Assembly (NCBI GenBank): GCA_963707025.1
Contig: CAVPOM010000006.1
Location: 544,001 to 608,000 of the forward strand
Direction: 5' to 3'
Length of the DNA stretch: 64,000 bases
From: an uncultured Verrucomicrobiae bacterium
GTDB lineage: Bacteria > Verrucomicrobiota > Verrucomicrobiia > Limisphaerales > Palsa-1400
In this document: positions 39,390 through 50,160 of the stretch, one piece after another
How the letters are laid out: each line of letters begins with the position of its first letter
How positions within the stretch are numbered: the stretch's first letter is position 1
The notes under the pieces: generated by a model
Database searches by the model: none
What the model was told of the DNA's origin: nothing
Seen by the model: only the letters and a program-made list of their open reading frames with translations
Program-made: the position numbers and the translations under genes

Positions 39390-42371
39390 ATGACGGTAGC
39401 AAACGAGAAAACAATCGGTCGCCCGGTCAAGCCCCCCGTCCTGCTGTGTCCCTGGCTGGTCGCGCTGGCGGCGCTGGGGTTGTACGGGTTGACCTTGCAT
39501 CACTGGGTCACCTTCGGCAGCCTGCCTTTTGCCTCGCAGATCACCGGCTGGGACTGGCATCCCGCGCCGCTGCCCTGGCGGCCCAATCCCCAATTCCCGC
39601 TGCTTTTCATTTTGACTTTTCCGTTGCGGCTGCTCCCCGCCGGCTGGCGGGTGGTGGGCTGGAATGTGTTCACCGCCGTTTGCGCGGCCTTGACGCTGGC
39701 CATCCTGGCCCGTTCCGTCCGCCTCCTCCCGCAGGACCGCACCAAGGACCAACGGCAGCGGGAGGGGGGAGAGTTTGCCTTGCTCTCCGTGCGGGCGGCC
39801 TTTCTGCCGGCCGCCTTCGCCGTGCTGCTGCTGGCGGGGCAATTGACCTTCTGGGAAAACGCCGTGGCGGGGACCGGCGAGATGATTGATCTGTTGGTCT
39901 TTGCCTTTCTCATTCTCTGTCTGCTGGAGTTTCGCATCTCGCAGAGCGAGCGGCGGTTGAGCCTGTTTGCTTTTGTTTATGGGTTGGGCGTGGCCAACAA
40001 CTGGGCCTTGATCGGTTTTTTCCCATGCTTCCTGCTGGCGCTGATCTGGATCAAACGCCAGGGTTTTTTCAACTGGAAATTCGTCCTGCGCATGACCGGT
40101 TGGGGGGCCTTGGGGCTGCTCCTCTATGGCCTGATGCCCCTGCTGGGCGCCATCCATCACGACGGCGGTTTTTGGGAGTTGCTCCGCCAGAAATGGGCTG
40201 AGCAACATATTTATCTGACCCGCATGCCGCGCTATCTGGCCTTCATTGCCGGGGTGGCGACCTTGATTCCGCTGCTCTTCGCCGCCATCAACTGGCCGTC
40301 CTTCGAGGGCGAAGTCAACGCCGGCGCCAACGAGCTGAGCCGCCTGTTGTTTCGCCTGCTGCACATCGTGTTTTTGGCCGTCGGCGCCTTGATGTTTTTC
40401 GATATGAAATTCAGCCCGCGCAGGCTGCTCATGCTGGCGGGCCTTAACGGCGTGACGGGCTTCCTGAGTTTCTACTATCTGGCGGCGTTAAGCGTGGGGT
40501 ATTTCAGCGGCTACGTCCTGCTGGTCTTTGGCAAGGAGATGTCCTATCGCTGGGGCCGGGCCACCGGCCTGCTGCGGGTCATCAACCTGGCTGTGACCGG
40601 CTTGTTGTGGGTGGCGGCCATCGGCCTGCCCGCGCGGTTGTTCTGGCAGAACTATCCGCGCCTGCGGGATTACACCAGCCCGGTGGTCGCCCAATTTGGA
40701 AAGGAAATGGCCAAGGCGCTGCCCTCCGGGCCGGCCATTGTGCTGGCCGACGATCCCTCCCGGCTCTATCTGGCCATGGGCGCGGTCCAGCGTCTGGGCC
40801 TGCCCGACCAGTACACCTTTATTGAAAGCCGCTCCCTGGTCCATCGCGAATATCTTCGTTTTTTGGTCGAGCGCTATCCGGCTTTTCGCAAGGAACTCAA
40901 AGATCCGGCCACTCTGCCGGAGCTGGTCTCCAGCCAGCAGATCGGCGATCTTTTGGCCCATCTCGCCCAGCGGCAGTGGGTCTATTATTTGCATCCCAGT
41001 TTCGGCAACTACTTTGAGCAGGTCTGCATGACCCCGCACCGCCTGGGCGCGGATTTGCACCCCTGCCCGACCAATGCGCTGCTGACGCTGGGGCTGACTC
41101 CGGCGGAAATCACCACCAACCAAGCCTATTGGCACAGGCTGGAGAAGGAGGCGCTGCCCGCCTTGCTGGACTTGGCCAAAAGGGACGCCGATGGCTTGCC
41201 CAAGCGGAGCGCCGATGCGGTGCGCATCGCCAACTATTATTCGCAAATGCTCGATTACTGGGGCGCCGCATTGCAATTGGCCGCCACCGAACTCAAGCTG
41301 CCGCTCCTGCTCAACGACGCCGGCGATCAGTTCGCCCAGGCCTTCCGGCTCAACCCGTTGAATTATGTGGCCCGCCTCAACCAGCAATTCAACGCCCATT
41401 TGCGCGGCGCGCCCCCGCCTCCCGGCGTGATCATCAGTTCGCCCGAATTGGCCGCCCGTGTGAGAAGTTGGGAAGACACTTACAATCTGGACGGCCCCGC
41501 CGACGTGCCGGACCTCGACATCCAGATCGGCCGCTATTTGGCCGCCAACGGCAATTACCGGCAGGCCGCTCATTTCTTCCAACGCTGCCTGGAACTGGTG
41601 CCCAACGACCCGGGGGCCGAACTGGACCTGGCTAAACCCTGCCTGGATCTGGGACTGGTGGACGCCGGCCTGGCCCTCATCCGGGACGTGCGCCAGCGCG
41701 GCGCGGGCGATCCGCTGGACCTGGCCCGCCTGGAAGCCCTGGCCTGGGCCAAAAAGAACGACTTCGACAAGGCCGATAAATTGTTGACAGAAGCGCACCT
41801 CAAGTATCCCAAGGATGAACGATTCCCCGGTTTGATGGCCGGCTTCTACGCGCGCATGGGCTACAGCGTGCTGCTGCAAAACAAGGGCGACGCCGCCAGG
41901 GAGAAGGACGCGGCCAAATGGTTCCAGAAAGCCTTGGCCGCCCTGGATGACCAGTTGCAATTATTGGTCAATGACCCCATGAAATTCACCGCCAGCGCAC
42001 GGGACATTCCCAGCATCAACCTCAGCAGGGTGGAAATGCAAATGATGCTCAAGGATTACCCGGCCGCCATCCGCACCTCCGCGGCCATGGTGCGCCAGGA
42101 GCCGGACAACCCGGTGCCGCTCCTCAACCGCGCCATTTCCGAGTTGCAAAACCGCCAGTTCGACGACGCCAAAAAGGATTATCTGGCCGTGGAGAAAATG
42201 GTGCCGGCGCCCTCGCACCTGATTTATTACGGCCTGGCCCAGGTGGCTCAACAGCAGAAGGACCAGCCGGCGGAAATCCGCTACGAGCAGCTTTACCTCA
42301 AATACGCCCCCACCAACACGCTGGAATTCTCCAACGTCAACCAGCGCCTCCGCCAATTGGAGCCGCGCTGA
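39390..42371 (+). CDS. DUF2723/TMEM260-like multi-TM (GT-C-like) protein with C-terminal TPRs
   Basis: About 11 TM segments with FWENA..G..EM.DL and YGLG.ANNW, then soluble domain and TPR repeats. Confidence 0.65.
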   Translation: MTVANEKTIGRPVKPPVLLCPWLVALAALGLYGLTLHHWVTFGSLPFASQITGWDWHPAPLPWRPNPQFPLLFILTFPLRLLPAGWRVVGWNVFTAVCAALTLAILARSVRLLPQDRTKDQRQREGGEFALLSVRAAFLPAAFAVLLLAGQLTFWENAVAGTGEMIDLLVFAFLILCLLEFRISQSERRLSLFAFVYGLGVANNWALIGFFPCFLLALIWIKRQGFFNWKFVLRMTGWGALGLLLYGLMPLLGAIHHDGGFWELLRQKWAEQHIYLTRMPRYLAFIAGVATLIPLLFAAINWPSFEGEVNAGANELSRLLFRLLHIVFLAVGALMFFDMKFSPRRLLMLAGLNGVTGFLSFYYLAALSVGYFSGYVLLVFGKEMSYRWGRATGLLRVINLAVTGLLWVAAIGLPARLFWQNYPRLRDYTSPVVAQFGKEMAKALPSGPAIVLADDPSRLYLAMGAVQRLGLPDQYTFIESRSLVHREYLRFLVERYPAFRKELKDPATLPELVSSQQIGDLLAHLAQRQWVYYLHPSFGNYFEQVCMTPHRLGADLHPCPTNALLTLGLTPAEITTNQAYWHRLEKEALPALLDLAKRDADGLPKRSADAVRIANYYSQMLDYWGAALQLAATELKLPLLLNDAGDQFAQAFRLNPLNYVARLNQQFNAHLRGAPPPPGVIISSPELAARVRSWEDTYNLDGPADVPDLDIQIGRYLAANGNYRQAAHFFQRCLELVPNDPGAELDLAKPCLDLGLVDAGLALIRDVRQRGAGDPLDLARLEALAWAKKNDFDKADKLLTEAHLKYPKDERFPGLMAGFYARMGYSVLLQNKGDAAREKDAAKWFQKALAALDDQLQLLVNDPMKFTASARDIPSINLSRVEMQMMLKDYPAAIRTSAAMVRQEPDNPVPLLNRAISELQNRQFDDAKKDYLAVEKMVPAPSHLIYYGLAQVAQQQKDQPAEIRYEQLYLKYAPTNTLEFSNVNQRLRQLEPR

Positions 42372-42381
42372 ACCGCCGCGG

Positions 42382-43549
42382 ATGCGGGTCACCCACGTCA
42401 TCACCCGGTTGATCCTGGGCGGCGCCCAGGAAAACACCGTCGCCACCGTGCTCGGCCTGCAAGAGCGGCCCGGCCTGCAAATCACCCTCCTGGCCGGTCC
42501 GGCCGCCGGGCCGGAAGGTTCCCTCGTTTCCGCCTTCCAGCAGTGCCCGCAACTGCTTGCCGTCATCCCCTCCCTGGTCCGCCCCGTCCACCCGCTCAAC
42601 GACTGGCTGACTTTGCTGCGACTGACCAAAATCTTTCGCGCCACCCGGCCGGAACATCGTCCACACCCACAGCGGCAAGGCGGGGATTCTGGGGCGCTGG
42701 GCCGCCCATCGCGCCGGCGTTCCCATTGCGGTCCATACCATTCACGGCCCCTCTTTCGGGCCTTTTCAAGGCGCGCTGGCCAACGGCCTTTTTCGCGGCG
42801 CGGAGCGGTTCGCCGCCCGGTACACCACCCATTACGTCAGCGTGGCTCAAGCCATGACCCGCCAGTACCTGGCGGCCGGCCTCGGCCAGCCCGGCCAATA
42901 TACCCGCATCTTCAGCGGCTTCCCCCTCCAGCCCTTTCTCGACGCTCAAAACGACCCGGCTTGGCGCGCCCGTCTCGGCCTCGCGCCGGACGATTTCGTC
43001 ATTGGCATGATCGCCCGGCTTTTCAAGCTCAAAGGGCATGGCGACCTGCTGGACATCGCCCCCAATCTGGTCCGGCAATGTCCGCGCGCCAAATTCCTTT
43101 TCGTGGGCGACGGCGCCTGGCGCGCCCGGCTGGAGAACCGCGCGCGCTCGCTCGGCCTGGCGCAACACTTTGTTTTCGCCGGCCTGGTCGCTCCGCCCGA
43201 AGTGCCGCGCTACCTCGGCGTCATGGATGCGCTGGTCCATCTCTCGCGCCGGGAGGGGCTGCCCCGCGCCCTGCCCCAGGCCCTGGCTGCGGCGCGCCCC
43301 GTGGCCGCCTATGCCTGCGATGGCGCGGGAGAAGTTTGTATTGACAACGAAACCGGCTTCCTCATCCCGCCCGGTGACCGCGAAACCCTGGCCCGGCGGC
43401 TGCTCCAACTGGCGGCCGATCCCGCTTTGCGGCGGCGTCTGGCGGCGCAAGGACGCCAATTCGTGCTCCCGCGCTTTGCCGTTGAAACCATGCTGGACAA
43501 TCTCTACGCCCTCTACCTCAAACTCAGCGCAAGGGAGGATGGCTCCTAA
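42382..43549 (+). CDS. GT4 glycosyltransferase (+1 frameshift near 42654)
   Basis: HVITRLILGGAQEN; after correction PDIVHTHSGKAG; ARLFKLKGH, REGLPRAL.QALA. Confidence 0.9.
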
Positions 43550-43612
43550 TCTTAATCTTAATCCTAATCCTAATCCTAATCCTAATCTTAATCCTAATCT
43601 TAATCTCAATCC
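43547..43612. repeat. 11-unit (TAATCY) microsatellite
   Basis: Direct hexamer tandem; first unit supplies the GT stop codon. Confidence 0.9.
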
Positions 43613-43639
43613 TCCGCTTAAACCACCCCAGTCAACCAT

Positions 43640-44626
43640 ATGAATGCTCCAGTCCTCAGAATCCGGTTTGCCGCCGCGCCCGCCCTTCTTCTGGCCGCCG
43701 CCGCCGCGCTCCAGGCGCAGACCGGGACCACCAACCTCGCGCCGAACGGCGGCTGGGAGAAATACTCCGGCAACCCGGTGCTGGGCGGCCAGTACGGCAC
43801 CTGCTTTGATGTTTCGGTGCTGCACGAGGGCGATACTTTTCGCATGTGGGTTTCCTGGCGGCCCAGACAAAGCGTCGCCCTGGTGGAAAGCAAGGATGGC
43901 CTGCATTGGGATGGGCCGCCCAAAATTGTCCTCGGCCCGAACAGGGCATCCGGTTGGGAGGCCGACATCAACCGCCCGGTCGTCATCAAACGCCAAGATG
44001 GTTATCACATGTGGTACACCGGCCAGGCGCGGGGTCACTCGCGCATTGGCTGCGCCACCAGCCCGGACGGCGTGGTCTGGAAGCGCATGAGCGAAAATGC
44101 AGTCCTCTCGCCGGAAATGCCTTGGGAAAAAGTCGCCGTCATGTGCCCGGACGTCATCTGGGATGCCAATGCGAAAATCTTTCGCATGTGGTATTCCGCC
44201 GGCGAGCAATACGAACCCGACGCCATCGGCTGCGCGACCAGCCCCGATGGGACCAACTGGACCAAGCAGCCCGGCAATCCCGTCTTCAAGTCCGATCCCA
44301 ACATTGAATGGGAAAAATACAAGGTCACCGCCTGCCAGATCGTGCCGCAGGACGGCTGGTATCTGATGTTTTACATTGGCTTTCGCGACATAGACCACGC
44401 GCAAATCGGCTTGGCCCGGTCCAAAGACGGCCTCAGCCACTGGGAGCGCCATCCGGCCAATCCGATTGTCCACCCCGACCCGGGCGCCTGGGACCACGAC
44501 GCCTGCTACAAGCCCTGCGCCATTTTTGACGGCCAGAAATGGTTGTTATGGTACAACGGCCGTCACGGCGGCCTGGAACAAATCGGCGTCGCCCTCCATC
44601 CGGGCCGCGACCTTGGATTTCATTGA
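43640..44626 (+). CDS. secreted five-bladed beta-propeller glycosidase-like protein (GH32/43/130-like)
   Basis: Repeated MWY.G...IG.ATS.DG..W.K...NPV blades; signal peptide. Confidence 0.8.
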   Translation: MNAPVLRIRFAAAPALLLAAAAALQAQTGTTNLAPNGGWEKYSGNPVLGGQYGTCFDVSVLHEGDTFRMWVSWRPRQSVALVESKDGLHWDGPPKIVLGPNRASGWEADINRPVVIKRQDGYHMWYTGQARGHSRIGCATSPDGVVWKRMSENAVLSPEMPWEKVAVMCPDVIWDANAKIFRMWYSAGEQYEPDAIGCATSPDGTNWTKQPGNPVFKSDPNIEWEKYKVTACQIVPQDGWYLMFYIGFRDIDHAQIGLARSKDGLSHWERHPANPIVHPDPGAWDHDACYKPCAIFDGQKWLLWYNGRHGGLEQIGVALHPGRDLGFH

Positions 44627-44915
44627 CAACCCTGGATTAAATGCTAACCTTTCCTGAGTTATGAGGGCGATTTATATGGAGGGCGGGAGCGTTGCTCCCA
44701 CTTTTGGATCGGGAACGATTGCCGGATGGCAAAGCGGCGCCGGCCCGTCGGCACACTCCAAAGCGGCAGCGGTTCCAATCCCGGTCCGGGCGCGACCGAG
44801 GAAGTTCCGCCAGTCAAACTCCGGCCCATCCTGTCCATCCAAAACAGCCGCGCTGTGCCATTATGTCGCTCCCATGGAAACTTACCCGTATCGCCCTGCG
44901 TCCCGCTTTGCATTT

Positions 44916-45075
44916 CCCGTCCACCGGTCCCGTCCACCGTCCTGTCCACCGTCCCGTCCACCGTCCTGTCCTCCGATGGCCCTGCGCAGGAGGAAAGCCC
45001 TGCGAAGGTGGAAGGCCCTGCGGAGGAGCATGCATTTGTCCCCCGCCGGTCAAACCGGTCAAAGCCAGTCAAACG
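44916..45075. repeat. mosaic of short tandem repeats
   Basis: 12-bp CCGTCCACCGTC-type units, three GCCCTGCG.AGG.GGA units, three GTCAAA units. Confidence 0.7.
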
Positions 45076-47033
45076 TTGCGCCAGTGAAGTTGGTTGGAAC
45101 GCGGGTGAAAGTCCCGTCCGTCGAATTAGGCTGTTCACGACGGAACACGACCTCAACAGCGCCGCCGCGAGGCGGGGTTGGAAGCTGAGGGAGATGAACA
45201 GACGGGCCGTAATGAAAATGAACCACATCCAATGAGCCTCGATAAGTTTAGAACCGGAGACAAGCCGAGCCGCTGTTTGACCGGCGAAGGCCGCAGGGAG
45301 GAGGCAGGGCAACAGTCAGAGCCTTCTCAACGCTCCGGCGGGGTCGGCGTGGACGGCACGTCTGGAAGTTCAACCAAGGTAAGCTGGGAGAACTCCGGCG
45401 GCGGGCGGCCAGCCCAACCGCCCGCGCAAGCTGGCAAGACCAGTCAGGCGAGCGGCCCTGCCGGAGAAGTCGGAGTTCCTCATAGTAGCGTGGACTTGTT
45501 TGCGCTCCAGGCGGATTTCCGCCGGGAGTTGCGCGAGCGAACGCAAAGGGGGAACACTTGCTCAATGCGTGGAGGCGAAGCGAAGGATGCGGGGATGGCC
45601 GGGGCGACCCGGATAGCAACCCCGGAGAAAGTTCGGCAGCTTCAAATCGCGCTCTATCGGAAAGCCAAAGCAGAGCCGAAGTATCGGTTCTGGAGCCTGT
45701 ATGGGGAATTGCTGCGCAAGGACGTGCTCGAAACCGCCTTGGCAGCGCAACAGCGCAACGGCGGGGCCGCGGGAGTGGACGGACAGAGTATGGAGTCCAT
45801 CACCGCCGACCCGGCCCTGCGCCAGCAATGGCTCGACCGCCTGCAAGCAGAACTCAAAGCCAAGACGTATCGGGCCAGCCCGGTGCGGCGGGTGATGATT
45901 CCCAAGAGCAGCGGAGGGGAACGGCCGTTGGGCATCCCGACGGTCAAGGACCGGGTGGTGCAAACGGCGGTGTATCTGGTGCTGATGCCGATCTTGGAGG
46001 CGGACTTTCATCCGCGCTCCTACGGCTTTCGGCCCAAACGCCGGGCACACCAAGCCATTGCGGAAATCCAACAAGCAGTGCAGCAAGGCTACGTGGAAAT
46101 CATTGACGCGGACCTGACGAAATATTTCGACACGATTCCGCACCGGGAACTGATGAAGGCCGTGGCCCGGCGGGTCAGCGACGGCAGCGTGCTGCGGCTC
46201 CTCAAGAGCTGGCTGCGCGCCCCGGTCGCGGAGGAAGACCAGGACGGCACCAAGCGAGTGATCCCCAACCGGCGCGGCACGCCGCAAGGCGGGGTCATCT
46301 CGCCGCTGCTGGCCAACCTCTACCTCAACCCGCTGGATCACGGGGTGAACGAGAAAACCTCCGGCCAAGCCCGCATGGTGCGCTACGCCGATGACTTTGT
46401 CATCGCGTGCGCGGCGGGGTGCGGCGGAGGGCTGATAGCGCGGCTCAAGAAATGGCTTCGAGCCAAAGGGCTGACCCTCAACGAAGTCAAAACCCGAATT
46501 GTGAACATTCGCAAGGAAGGGATCAACTTCCTGGGCTTCAACCTGACCTGGCGCAAGTCCTTTGGAGGGCGCGGCTACCTGCACGTTCAACCCAGCCAGA
46601 AAAGCCGGGGGGCCCTGCGCGAGAAACTGGGCGGCATCCTCAACCACTGGACGCAGGGGCGTCCGATACAGGAGGTGGTCAAAGAGGTCAACCAAGTCTT
46701 GCGCGGATGGGCGGGCTACTTCCACTACGGCAACAGCGTCTCGGTGATGAACCGGATGAAACACTACAGCCAAAACCGCTTTCGGCGCTGGCTGTGGCGC
46801 AAACACGGTTGCCGCCGCAGCCTGTGGGAACACTACGTTCCCGAGCAGTTGCACCAGCGTTATGGACTCTATGAACTGCCGACCACGGCGAAGTGGAAGG
46901 CGGCCCGATGAATGAGTTCGGAGAGCCGAATATGGGAAATCCGTCCGTTCGGTTCGATGAGGGGCGAAGTGGCAGCGCGAGACTGACAACTGCGGTCAGT
47001 TCAATCCGCCTCCTTCCACTTCGCCTACTCTAC
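45076..47033 (+). mobile_element. group II intron (complete)
   Basis: 5' TTGCG; EBS1 loop TGTTTG (45274-45279) complementary to exon end CAAACG; domain V GAGCCGAATATGGGAAATCCGTCCGTTCGGTTC from 46923; domain VI ending CCTACTCTAC. Confidence 0.9.
45595..46911 (+). CDS. ltrA: group II intron reverse transcriptase/maturase, no endonuclease domain
   Basis: AAGVDG, RPLGIPTVKDR, SYGFRP, DADL.KYFD, GTPQGG.ISPLLAN, RYADDF, FLGF, domain X LRGWAGYF. Confidence 0.95.
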   Translation: MAGATRIATPEKVRQLQIALYRKAKAEPKYRFWSLYGELLRKDVLETALAAQQRNGGAAGVDGQSMESITADPALRQQWLDRLQAELKAKTYRASPVRRVMIPKSSGGERPLGIPTVKDRVVQTAVYLVLMPILEADFHPRSYGFRPKRRAHQAIAEIQQAVQQGYVEIIDADLTKYFDTIPHRELMKAVARRVSDGSVLRLLKSWLRAPVAEEDQDGTKRVIPNRRGTPQGGVISPLLANLYLNPLDHGVNEKTSGQARMVRYADDFVIACAAGCGGGLIARLKKWLRAKGLTLNEVKTRIVNIRKEGINFLGFNLTWRKSFGGRGYLHVQPSQKSRGALREKLGGILNHWTQGRPIQEVVKEVNQVLRGWAGYFHYGNSVSVMNRMKHYSQNRFRRWLWRKHGCRRSLWEHYVPEQLHQRYGLYELPTTAKWKAAR

Positions 47034-47328
47034 CATAAAATGAGGTTTGACCCAAAACTCGGCTGCTTGTGCTTTTTTGAGGAGAATCAATCGAAGCGCC
47101 TTTTCATCAACCATTTACGCCGACTGATGAGCATTGGCGGTCAGGGTCAAGCAAGCCTGACCCAGTCAAATCAGAGTTTCACCTTATGGACGCAGCCAGC
47201 CACCCCCGCCACTCCATCCCCCGCACCACTCCATCACTCCACCACTCCACCACTCCACTTGTTTTCACCTGTTTTCACTTGATTTCACTCAATTTCAGAT
47301 GTTTTCAGTTCCGGACAACCACAGTATT

Positions 47329-50154
47329 ATGAAATCGAACCGAACTTTCCCGTCCGTCAACTTCCAGGGAATCGCGGCTTCCCTTATCCTCGCCGCCATC
47401 GCCTTCGTGCTGCCCGGATGTTCCAGCGGGCGCCAGGCCGCCGCACCGTCGCCCCGCCAGCGTCTCCTGCTCGATGCCGGCTGGCGCTTTCAACTCGCTC
47501 CCGAACTCACGCTGACCAATACCGTTGCCGTCACAGACTGGCGCTGGAAAACCGCCGCCCAAGGCGGTGGTGACGCCGCCAATGCCGCTGCGGCCGTGGA
47601 CACTTCGGGGCCGGATTGGCATGACGCCAAATCGGGCGACGACACCTTCCAAAGCCGGGTCGGCTTCCAGTGGTTTCGCACCATCCTCCCCGATGTGCCG
47701 GGGCCGAACCGGATCATCCATTTTGAAACCGTGGATGACAACGGCGCCGTTTATCTCAATGGCCGGCAACTCGTCCGGCACGAGGGGTGGAACGACCCTT
47801 TCGATGTGCCGCTGGATGACGCCTGGCAAACCGGCGGCCCAAACTCCCTGGCGGTTCTGGTGGAGAACACCGCCGGCGCGGGAGGCATTACCGCCTCCGT
47901 TACCTTGGGCCGGCTCCCGCCCGCAGGCCCCAAGGCTGACTATTTTGCCTCCGACTATGATGATCGCGGCTGGCGCCAGGTCCATCTGCCCCACGATTAT
48001 GTGGTCGAAGGGACTTTTGCCTCCACCGCCACTGCCAGCCACGGTTCGTTGCCCACGCCGCCCGCCTGGTACCGCAAATCCTTCACCTTGCCCCCTGCCG
48101 CGGCGGGCAAAAGTGTCTGGATTGACTTCGACGGCGTGTTCCGCGACTGCCTGGTTTATCTGAATGGCAAACCGCTGGGCGAGCACATGAGCGGCTACAC
48201 CTCCTTCCGCTACGACATCACGCAGGCCGCCAATTTTACCGGCGAAAACATCCTGGCAGTGCGCACCAACCCGAAGAAATACGAGGGCTGGTGGTACGAG
48301 GGCGGCGGCATCTACCGCCATGTTTGGTTGAACCTGGCCAATTTCCTTCACGTCGCTCCCTGGGGGACCTTCGTCACCGCCGACCTGCCCGAGCCAGGCC
48401 CGGACGGCATCGCCGCCCCGGCCACCATCCACATCAAAACCAAACTGGCCAACGCCGGCGCCGCCCTGGCCGAATGCAACGTGGTCTCGCGCCTCGTGGA
48501 TGATCGCGGGCTGACCGTGACCGAAGTCTCCAACCGAACCACCGTCCCGGCCGGCGGCGAACAGGAATTGGCGCAGCAAGAGATTGTTGACCATCCCCGG
48601 CTTTGGTCGCTGGAAACGCCCACCCTCTACCATTTGCTCACGTTCGTCCAAGTCAACGGCCGGACCGTGGACACCTTGACCACGCCCTTTGGCATTCGCA
48701 CCGCCCGTTTCGATGCCGGGAAGGGCTTTTTTCTCAACGGCAAGCCCGTGAAAATCCAGGGCACCTGCAACCACCAGGATTTTGCCGGCGTGGGCGTGGC
48801 CGTGCCCGACTCGCTGGAATACTGGCGTGTCAAGCATCTCAAGGAGATGGGCGACAACGCCTGGCGCATGTCGCACAATCCGCCCAATCCGGAACTGCTC
48901 AACGCCTGCGACGAATTGGGCATGCTGGTCATGGACGAAAACCGGCACCTGGGCGACACTTACAGCGACCACACCTCCGCCAATACGCAGGCTTCCGGCC
49001 TCGGCGACCTGGCCGACCTGATTCTGCGCGACCGCAATCATCCCAGCATCATCATGTGGTCCATGTGCAACGAGGAAGGCTTGCAAAGCACGGCGGAAGG
49101 CGCGCGCATCTTCTCGGCCATGATGAAGGTGGTCCGCCAATACGACACGACCCGGCCGATTTCCAGCGCCATGAACGGAGGCTGGTTCAACCCCGGTTTC
49201 GCCACGGTGGAGGATTTGATGGGCGTCAACTATAGCACCCAGGTCTATGACCGCTTCCATAACGAGCATCCCGCCATGCCCATGTTCGGCAGCGAAACGG
49301 CCAGCACCGTGACCACCCGCGGCGAATATACCAATGACCGGGCCAGATCGGTCGTGACCTCCTACAACATGACCGACGGCTCCTGGCGCCCCGTCGCCGA
49401 ACGGGCTTTCATGGCCGGCAGCTTCGCCTGGACCGGTTTCGACTACAAAGGCGAACCTTCCCCCTACGGCTGGCCGGCCATCAACAGCCAATATGGCATC
49501 ATGGACATGTGCGGATTTCCCAAGGACAACTATTATTACTACCAGTCCTGGTGGAAGACCAACCCTGTCATCCATATTATGCCCCATTGGAACTGGCCCG
49601 GCCGGGAAGGCCAGAACATCCGGGTCGTGGTCTTCAGCAATTGCGCGAAGGTGGAGTTGTTCCACAACGGCCAAAGCCTGGGCGCCCGCGACATGCCGCG
49701 CAACGGGCATTTGGAGTGGCTGGTGAAATATGCCCCCGGCAGCCTCTCCGCCAAAGGCTACAACGGCACTGCGCTCGCCGCCAGCGAGACCGTCGAAACC
49801 ACAGGGGAGCCGGCGGCGTTGCGCTTGAAGACCGATCGCGCAACCCTGGTGGCCGACGCGGAGGATGTCACCCCCGTCGAGGTGGATGTGCTGGACGCCA
49901 AGGGCCGCCTGGTGCCGACGGCCGACAGCCTGGTGACATTCCGGGTCGAAGGGGCCGGCGGCGTGGCCGGCGTGGGCAACGGCAACCCGGGCGACCATGA
50001 TCCGGACAAGGCGAGCTTCCGCCACGCCTTCAACGGCAAATGCCTGGTGGTGGTGGGGGCGGCGGACCAGCCGGGAAAGATAGTCTTGACAGCTACCTCG
50101 CCCGGCCTGAAAACGGCGGCGCTGTCCCTGCGCGCCGCCCGCCCCGCGCAATGA
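47329..50154 (+). CDS. GH2 beta-galactosidase-like lipoprotein
   Basis: Lipobox LPGC; WWYEGGGIYR, GTCNHQD, RMSHNPP, RDRNHPSIIMWSMCNE, WTGFDYKGEP. Confidence 0.92.
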   Translation: MKSNRTFPSVNFQGIAASLILAAIAFVLPGCSSGRQAAAPSPRQRLLLDAGWRFQLAPELTLTNTVAVTDWRWKTAAQGGGDAANAAAAVDTSGPDWHDAKSGDDTFQSRVGFQWFRTILPDVPGPNRIIHFETVDDNGAVYLNGRQLVRHEGWNDPFDVPLDDAWQTGGPNSLAVLVENTAGAGGITASVTLGRLPPAGPKADYFASDYDDRGWRQVHLPHDYVVEGTFASTATASHGSLPTPPAWYRKSFTLPPAAAGKSVWIDFDGVFRDCLVYLNGKPLGEHMSGYTSFRYDITQAANFTGENILAVRTNPKKYEGWWYEGGGIYRHVWLNLANFLHVAPWGTFVTADLPEPGPDGIAAPATIHIKTKLANAGAALAECNVVSRLVDDRGLTVTEVSNRTTVPAGGEQELAQQEIVDHPRLWSLETPTLYHLLTFVQVNGRTVDTLTTPFGIRTARFDAGKGFFLNGKPVKIQGTCNHQDFAGVGVAVPDSLEYWRVKHLKEMGDNAWRMSHNPPNPELLNACDELGMLVMDENRHLGDTYSDHTSANTQASGLGDLADLILRDRNHPSIIMWSMCNEEGLQSTAEGARIFSAMMKVVRQYDTTRPISSAMNGGWFNPGFATVEDLMGVNYSTQVYDRFHNEHPAMPMFGSETASTVTTRGEYTNDRARSVVTSYNMTDGSWRPVAERAFMAGSFAWTGFDYKGEPSPYGWPAINSQYGIMDMCGFPKDNYYYYQSWWKTNPVIHIMPHWNWPGREGQNIRVVVFSNCAKVELFHNGQSLGARDMPRNGHLEWLVKYAPGSLSAKGYNGTALAASETVETTGEPAALRLKTDRATLVADAEDVTPVEVDVLDAKGRLVPTADSLVTFRVEGAGGVAGVGNGNPGDHDPDKASFRHAFNGKCLVVVGAADQPGKIVLTATSPGLKTAALSLRAARPAQ

Positions 50155-50160
50155 AGTTTG

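Noticed and set aside
45178..45594. N-terminal extension of the RT ORF and ORFs at 44659-45312
   Set aside because: Overlap intron RNA domains and repeat DNA; low-complexity translation.
45595..46911. RT as retron, DGR or defence RT
   Set aside because: Has group II RT0 and domain X, flanked by domains V/VI and a matching EBS1/IBS1.
47305..50151. Long antisense ORFs (also 8194-9825, 13084-14880, 26253-28208, 42596-44497, 56942-59071)
   Set aside because: Shadows of real high-GC genes on the opposite strand, with no recognisable motifs.
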